Below, piece by piece: positions 16,064 to 19,930 of a DNA stretch of 19,930 bases. A model generated the notes under the pieces. The model saw nothing but the letters and a program-made list of their open reading frames with translations. It did no database searches and was not told the origin of the DNA. Position 1 is the first letter of the stretch. Each line of letters opens with the position of its first letter. Position numbers and translations under genes: made by a program. Source of the DNA: a virus. Taxonomy: Duplodnaviria; Heunggongvirae; Uroviricota; Caudoviricetes. The stretch lies in IMG/VR virus record IMGVR_UViG_2529292724_000017; one strand, given 5' to 3'.

Positions 16064-16359
16064 TTCTGCTCTCTCCACGCGGCAATCATGTTTTTCAGTT
16101 CCTGTAGTTTTTTATCCACATCCACACGTGACACATGGTTATTTCTGGAAGGCGGGATTTCCCGCCGGAATCTGCTAATAAAGATCTCCACGTTCAGCGA
16201 GCTATGAAATGAATAGCCATCACGAATAAAGTACACACGGTCAAACATTATCGATTTTACTGTTACTCTGTTGCCGTTCTTATCCCGATAAATAGCGCCG
16301 GGGATAATTTTGGGATGTGCATAACCGCTGGCAGTCAAGCCAGATAAATATGTTCTCAT
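16060..16359 (-). CDS. conserved hypothetical protein (99 aa) translationally coupled to the primase
   Basis: Homolog of 9371..9694. Confidence 0.55.
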   Translation of the reverse strand: MRTYLSGLTASGYAHPKIIPGAIYRDKNGNRVTVKSIMFDRVYFIRDGYSFHSSLNVEIFISRFRREIPPSRNNHVSRVDVDKKLQELKNMIAAWREQK

Positions 16360-16365
16360 GATTAT

Positions 16366-16686
16366 TTATCCCCGATTTGAATCAGTATTCGCTTTCTTTA
16401 TGGCATTTAATGCATCTGTGGCATTTTCAATGGTGCACCGTAACGAAATATCAAACTGCCCAAGCATTGCCAGTAACAAACCGATATTACCCATATCAAT
16501 GCGCATGGCCTTTTCGTCATAGTCCTCATTTTCTGACGCATGCCACATCAGGCTACCAATTGACGCAACAGCCATTGATATATTGTCAGTAGCCCCATCC
16601 GCAGCGGAATAAACCTTTTTAGCAATATCATGCTCACAGTTAAAATGCGGATTAATCAGGTACTGGTAATTTGACATATCAGGCAT
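16366..16686 (-). CDS. hypothetical protein (106 aa)
   Basis: Clean composition; start overlaps the stop of the upstream Ash-like gene. Confidence 0.45.
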   Translation of the reverse strand: MPDMSNYQYLINPHFNCEHDIAKKVYSAADGATDNISMAVASIGSLMWHASENEDYDEKAMRIDMGNIGLLLAMLGQFDISLRCTIENATDALNAIKKANTDSNRG

Positions 16687-16882
16687 GGCGCACCTCCTTG
16701 CGGATACGGGCGGTGAACACCATCACGCAGCCAGCCGGGGATTGCTGGCGGGCTTCCTGTTCACTGGTGGCCACGATGGTAATCACACGCGGTTTTGCGG
16801 CGCTCAGGGCGATAAAACGCCAGGTGAATTTATTCAGGTTGTGCGAATCCCGCCCTCGCGGGTGTATGGTATGATTTCTCAT
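16679..16882 (-). CDS. Ash/Icd-like small protein (67 aa)
   Basis: MRNHTIHPRGRDSHNLNKFTWRFIALSAAKPRVITIVATSEQEARQQ...; ATG at 16880..16882 with SD GAGG; paralog of 9871..10158. Confidence 0.45.
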   Translation of the reverse strand: MRNHTIHPRGRDSHNLNKFTWRFIALSAAKPRVITIVATSEQEARQQSPAGCVMVFTARIRKEVRHA

Positions 16883-16901
16883 AGCTGCCTCGATACTCTC
16901 G

Positions 16902-18092
16902 TTATCGTTGGTGGTTAGACGCCCCGTATGTGTTTCCGGCACTGCGGGGCGTTGCTCTTTGTATTTCAACAATCCTTTCGGTGTGTTTCATGTTATGAGC
17001 GCATGAAACACACGTCAAGGCTTTTTGTATTTCTTTTTTTGTGTATACTGAAACACACCGATGATTAGGAGTTTCAGAAATGGCAACGGCTAACAAAAAC
17101 GCAAAATCACAACTGACAACTGTCAGAGTCCCACTAGATGTTATGCAAGGGATGGAATCCGTTAAGCTGGACGGCGAAAGCAATGCCGGATTTATCGTAA
17201 CCGCCATGCGCGGAGAAATAGCCCGCCGCCAAGCAGAAGGCAGCGGAGAAAATCCCCTTGTGTCGTCACTGGATGCCCTGGCTAAGGTCGAACAAATCGG
17301 CATCAAAGCAGCGGAAGAAATCGGGCAGCTTGTCACCGTTGCACGCGAAGAACTCCAGCGTCGCAAGACCAAAGAACCAGAGTAATCACCATCAGCGCCG
17401 TGGTGTAAGGTATTACGGCGCATTGCTATGCAGGACAACACAATGACCGATAAAGAATTGACCAAAACATTATCACCGGCACGGAAAAGACGGCGCAGAA
17501 AGATAGAGCATGAATCAGAAAGATTCGCGCCATGTGCTTTTGCTCTTGAGAAATTCCTTAAAGAGCACAGGAAAAAGCTCTCGTTGCAAACCTTGGAACG
17601 AACCAAATCTGACTGATCACATTGCCCACCAGCCGCAAATGTGGCATTGTTGGTGATGCTCATGCGTTGGGGATAACGTGTAGCTTGTGTCGAGGGGCCA
17701 CCGTAGCGGGTGGCCTTTGTTTTGCCTGTTATCCGGCAATTGTGGCGCTTCGCCACACGGTTGATATAATCCCACTGCTCAGATTCATTTTTTGCGCAGT
17801 AGGTTAATTGTTCACAAAGGCGCTCCGGCAACGGGGCGCTTTTTGTTTTTATTAGTTTGTAGAAACCTGACTCAGAGATAATGCTCATATTCTGATTGCC
17901 GTCAGGGGTGTAAGTTAAATTTACTCCCTTTTTATCATCAAACATCTGCAACGCTCTGGCGTTAACAATATTGGTTTCACTCCCGCCAGTAAGGCCGGAA
18001 ATAACCGGAATAATTTCGGCAAAATTTTGCAGATTCTGTTTTTCAGGACGAACGAAGCCCCGCCCTTGTTCGGGAGAATATCCAGTATTCAT
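16902..18092 (-). CDS. uncertain long ORF (396 codons): the N-terminal ~150 codons look protein-like, the rest is Ser/Arg/Cys-rich and overlaps plus-strand genes
   Basis: Only 17620..18092 looks coding by composition; probably a gene remnant or a spurious extension. Confidence 0.2.
   Translation of the reverse strand: MNTGYSPEQGRGFVRPEKQNLQNFAEIIPVISGLTGGSETNIVNARALQMFDDKKGVNLTYTPDGNQNMSIISESGFYKLIKTKSAPLPERLCEQLTYCAKNESEQWDYINRVAKRHNCRITGKTKATRYGGPSTQATRYPQRMSITNNATFAAGGQCDQSDLVRSKVCNESFFLCSLRNFSRAKAHGANLSDSCSIFLRRLFRAGDNVLVNSLSVIVLSCIAMRRNTLHHGADGDYSGSLVLRRWSSSRATVTSCPISSAALMPICSTLARASSDDTRGFSPLPSAWRRAISPRMAVTINPALLSPSSLTDSIPCITSSGTLTVVSCDFAFLLAVAISETPNHRCVSVYTKKEIQKALTCVSCAHNMKHTERIVEIQRATPRSAGNTYGASNHQR
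16919..16952 (+). promoter_or_regulatory. conserved hairpin ACGCCCCG-(18 nt)-CGGGGCGT upstream of the Ash-like gene
   Basis: Paralog of 10191..10226 with a compensatory base-pair change. Confidence 0.4.
17080..17385 (+). CDS. hypothetical protein (101 aa), possibly an RHH-type regulator divergent from the replication operon
   Basis: SD AGGAG; balanced composition; TTVRVPLDVMQGMESV suggests a beta-strand plus helix; same position and orientation as the RHH gene of the inner element. Confidence 0.45.
   Translation: MATANKNAKSQLTTVRVPLDVMQGMESVKLDGESNAGFIVTAMRGEIARRQAEGSGENPLVSSLDALAKVEQIGIKAAEEIGQLVTVAREELQRRKTKEPE
17428..17616 (+). CDS. hypothetical small basic protein (62 aa)
   Basis: Same frame as and downstream of 17080..17385; basic (ARKRRRRK); weak support. 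Confidence 0.25.
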   Translation: MQDNTMTDKELTKTLSPARKRRRRKIEHESERFAPCAFALEKFLKEHRKKLSLQTLERTKSD

Positions 18093-18144
18093 GGTTAGAT
18101 CTCTGTATTAGTGGATGGGTGGCGGCTGTGTGCCGCCAGCCTGA

Positions 18145-18333
18145 TTAGTGAACTGCCTCGCAGCTTTCCTTCCATGCCAGAACTTCGGATAAAGACCAGC
18201 CAACGGAACGACCGCCGAGCTTACGCCGTGATGGGAATTGTCCGGTTTTTTCCAGGCGGTACCGACATGAACGGCTCAGGCCTGTAAGTTGCTGACATTC
18301 TTTTTCACGTATAAAGCGATCTGTGCTTAACAC
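18145..18333 (-). CDS. alpA: AlpA-family small DNA-binding protein (start uncertain; track ORF extends to 18501)
   Basis: STDRFIREKECQQLTGLSRSCRYRLEKTGQFPSRRKLGGRSVGWSLSEVLAWKES aligns with the 11298..11543 AlpA; GTG at 18331..18333 preceded by AAAGGGGGA. Confidence 0.55.
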   Translation of the reverse strand: MLSTDRFIREKECQQLTGLSRSCRYRLEKTGQFPSRRKLGGRSVGWSLSEVLAWKESCEAVH

Positions 18334-18375
18334 AATTCCCCCTTTGATATTTCTTAAAGAGTTATTTGGTGTCCT

Positions 18376-18678
18376 ATTGTGTTGTGGTGCGTCGGATTGT
18401 GTCAGGGTGTTTATGGAATGGCAAACACTGGCGGCGGTCATTTTACAGAAGTGTGGTAATGAGAATAAAAACTCTTTTAATTCATTGTGGTGCAAAGGCA
18501 TAAAATTCTGTTTTTACGCCTTTTTTACATGTTTTTAAGAGTGATTCGCCAATGTACAAAAAGCCAGTAAAACGACTGAAAATCAACTTTTTAGGGTGTC
18601 AGTCAGATGTTAATCAAGTTTGTTCCAGATTGTTCGCCGTTGTTCGTCGTGGTGTCTCGTTGTTTCACGTTGTGTCAG
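18376..18678. promoter_or_regulatory. TTGTGT / TTGTGTCAG / TTGTTCG repeat clusters in the int-alpA intergenic region
   Basis: Motif (A/G)TTGTGTCAG near 18396, 18595 and 18670, plus TGTTCG runs at 18620..18660. Confidence 0.3.
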
Positions 18679-18700
18679 TTCTAAAAAATCGCAAAAAAAA

Positions 18701-19930
18701 TTATATTTCTCTGGCTATTGGCAGTGTGGTTACGTTTTTGTGAGTACCCGCCAGTATCTCTAACCGCTCTGTCCACATGTCCAGCGCATTACGTTTCGCA
18801 TCGAGATAACGGGAGTGGTTATAGACTCGCTGCATCCCTGGCATCTGGTGAGCGGTGAGTTGTTCGACAATATGCGGATCCACGCCTAAATCGTTCAGCA
18901 TCGTGGTAAACGTGCGCCGTATATCGTGTAGTGACCAGTGCGGATGGTTTAATTTTTTGTGCATGAATCTGCCGTATTGCGACACACTGGCTTCCTGTTT
19001 CAGTTCCCCGAGTAATAGCCCTGTGTGTCTGTTCTGCTCCACCAGCTGCGTGACGAACGGTAAAATGCTTTCCGGTATTGGCCTGAATATGGCGACCTTC
19101 GTTTTGCTGTGCTCTTTCGGTACTGTCCAGAGCATTTCCTTAAAATCCCACTCCCTGATCTCCGATAATCTCAGTTCTCCGGTTCGGCAGCCGAACACAA
19201 TCAGGAGGCGGATTAGTGCGCTGTAGTAGGGCGGGAATATTTTTTTATCCAGCGCCTGTAATAATTCGCCAAGTTCTTTGTTGCTCAGCACGCGTTCGCT
19301 TATGCCTGGTTTTTTGCCAACGTCCACCACGTTAAGATCATCCAGAACGTTACTGACTGCGTAGCGACGTTTACGGCAGAACTTAAGCGCCTGTTTACAC
19401 GCCTGCATCATGTGACCAGACGTTACAGGGGATTTTTTGCGTATCCGGTCAAAACAGGCCAGCCAGTGACGTAACTCGCATTTATCCAGTGGCATATTGC
19501 CAATATGCTGTATGACGTGATTATTCAGGCGGCTTTTCAGGCATACGTAATCGACACGGTTTTCCTTTACGTGCATTTCCAGCCAGTAGCTGATCGCATC
19601 ACCCACCGTTACCGGCTTTAGTGCTTCCTGTATGGAGTAATTAAGCTCATGGCGTGGATTTTTTCCTTCTGCCAGCCATGCGCGACACTGTGCCGCTTTT
19701 TCCCTGGCTGCTTTCAGGCTCAGATCAGGATAATTTCCCAGCTTCAGGCGTTCCGGTGATACCTGGCGTCCAGCTCCTGCCCTGTAGGTGAAATCCCAGG
19801 TTAACAAGCCGCTGGTGGAATGCCTGACGCTCAGGTTTCCCCCGTCATTAAGAAATGTGGTTTTTGGGGCTGGTGTGCCGTTGATTTTTCTTAGCTGTGT
19901 ATCGCTCAGTTTGTTAAGTGCTCTGCTCAT
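18701..19930 (-). CDS. int: tyrosine site-specific integrase, P4-type (409 aa)
   Basis: Homolog of 11536..12771 (diverged); C-terminal HDIRRTF and Y in VYNHSRY; start codon at the window edge. Confidence 0.8.
   Translation of the reverse strand: MSRALNKLSDTQLRKINGTPAPKTTFLNDGGNLSVRHSTSGLLTWDFTYRAGAGRQVSPERLKLGNYPDLSLKAAREKAAQCRAWLAEGKNPRHELNYSIQEALKPVTVGDAISYWLEMHVKENRVDYVCLKSRLNNHVIQHIGNMPLDKCELRHWLACFDRIRKKSPVTSGHMMQACKQALKFCRKRRYAVSNVLDDLNVVDVGKKPGISERVLSNKELGELLQALDKKIFPPYYSALIRLLIVFGCRTGELRLSEIREWDFKEMLWTVPKEHSKTKVAIFRPIPESILPFVTQLVEQNRHTGLLLGELKQEASVSQYGRFMHKKLNHPHWSLHDIRRTFTTMLNDLGVDPHIVEQLTAHQMPGMQRVYNHSRYLDAKRNALDMWTERLEILAGTHKNVTTLPIAREI

Larger units (their letters stand above)
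12935..19930 (-). mobile_element. outer satellite-like element, right part: int, alpA, hotspot genes, Ash-like, primase-helicase, iteron ori, small protein, capsid 5' part
   Basis: Synteny with the inner element; capsid 5' part continues in 1028..2629 once the insert is removed. Confidence 0.5.

Noticed and set aside
18855-19226. Plus-strand ORF (123 aa) inside the integrase gene
   Set aside because: Antisense to a well-supported integrase; Cys/Ser-rich composition.

Overview
Read from the sequence and the ORF track alone (no searches run), this window looks like Enterobacteriaceae accessory DNA made of two related integrase-bearing, P4/PICI-type satellite-like elements, one nested inside the other. 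The outer element (1..2629 and 12935..19930, minus-strand backbone) encodes integrase, AlpA, a small Ash/Icd-like protein, a D5/P4-alpha-like primase-helicase with GGTGAACAG iterons, a small protein, a ClpP-like protease/major-capsid fusion, and a lambda Nu1-like small terminase. Its protease-capsid gene is split by a ~10.3 kb inner element (2630..12946) flanked by a perfect 12-bp direct repeat, ATGGATCATCAT. The inner element has its own integrase, AlpA, divergent RHH regulator, Ash/Icd-like gene, RepA-like replication protein with different iterons, an intact protease-capsid gene and a truncated terS. It also carries three AT-rich cargo loci that are the best candidates for an undescribed defence or abortive-infection function: a small protein plus caspase-like (clan CD) protease cassette (3070..4281), a single HEPN-domain gene (6942..7655), and an RHH regulator plus 236-aa unknown protein (10296..11251). 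Further structure includes a conserved ~100-bp element in three copies beside the capsid genes, a conserved hairpin with a compensatory base-pair change upstream of both Ash-like genes, and palindromic operators. No rRNA, tRNA or CRISPR array was seen. Family assignments rest on motif recognition from memory and coordinates of non-ORF features are hand-counted, so may be off by a base or two.
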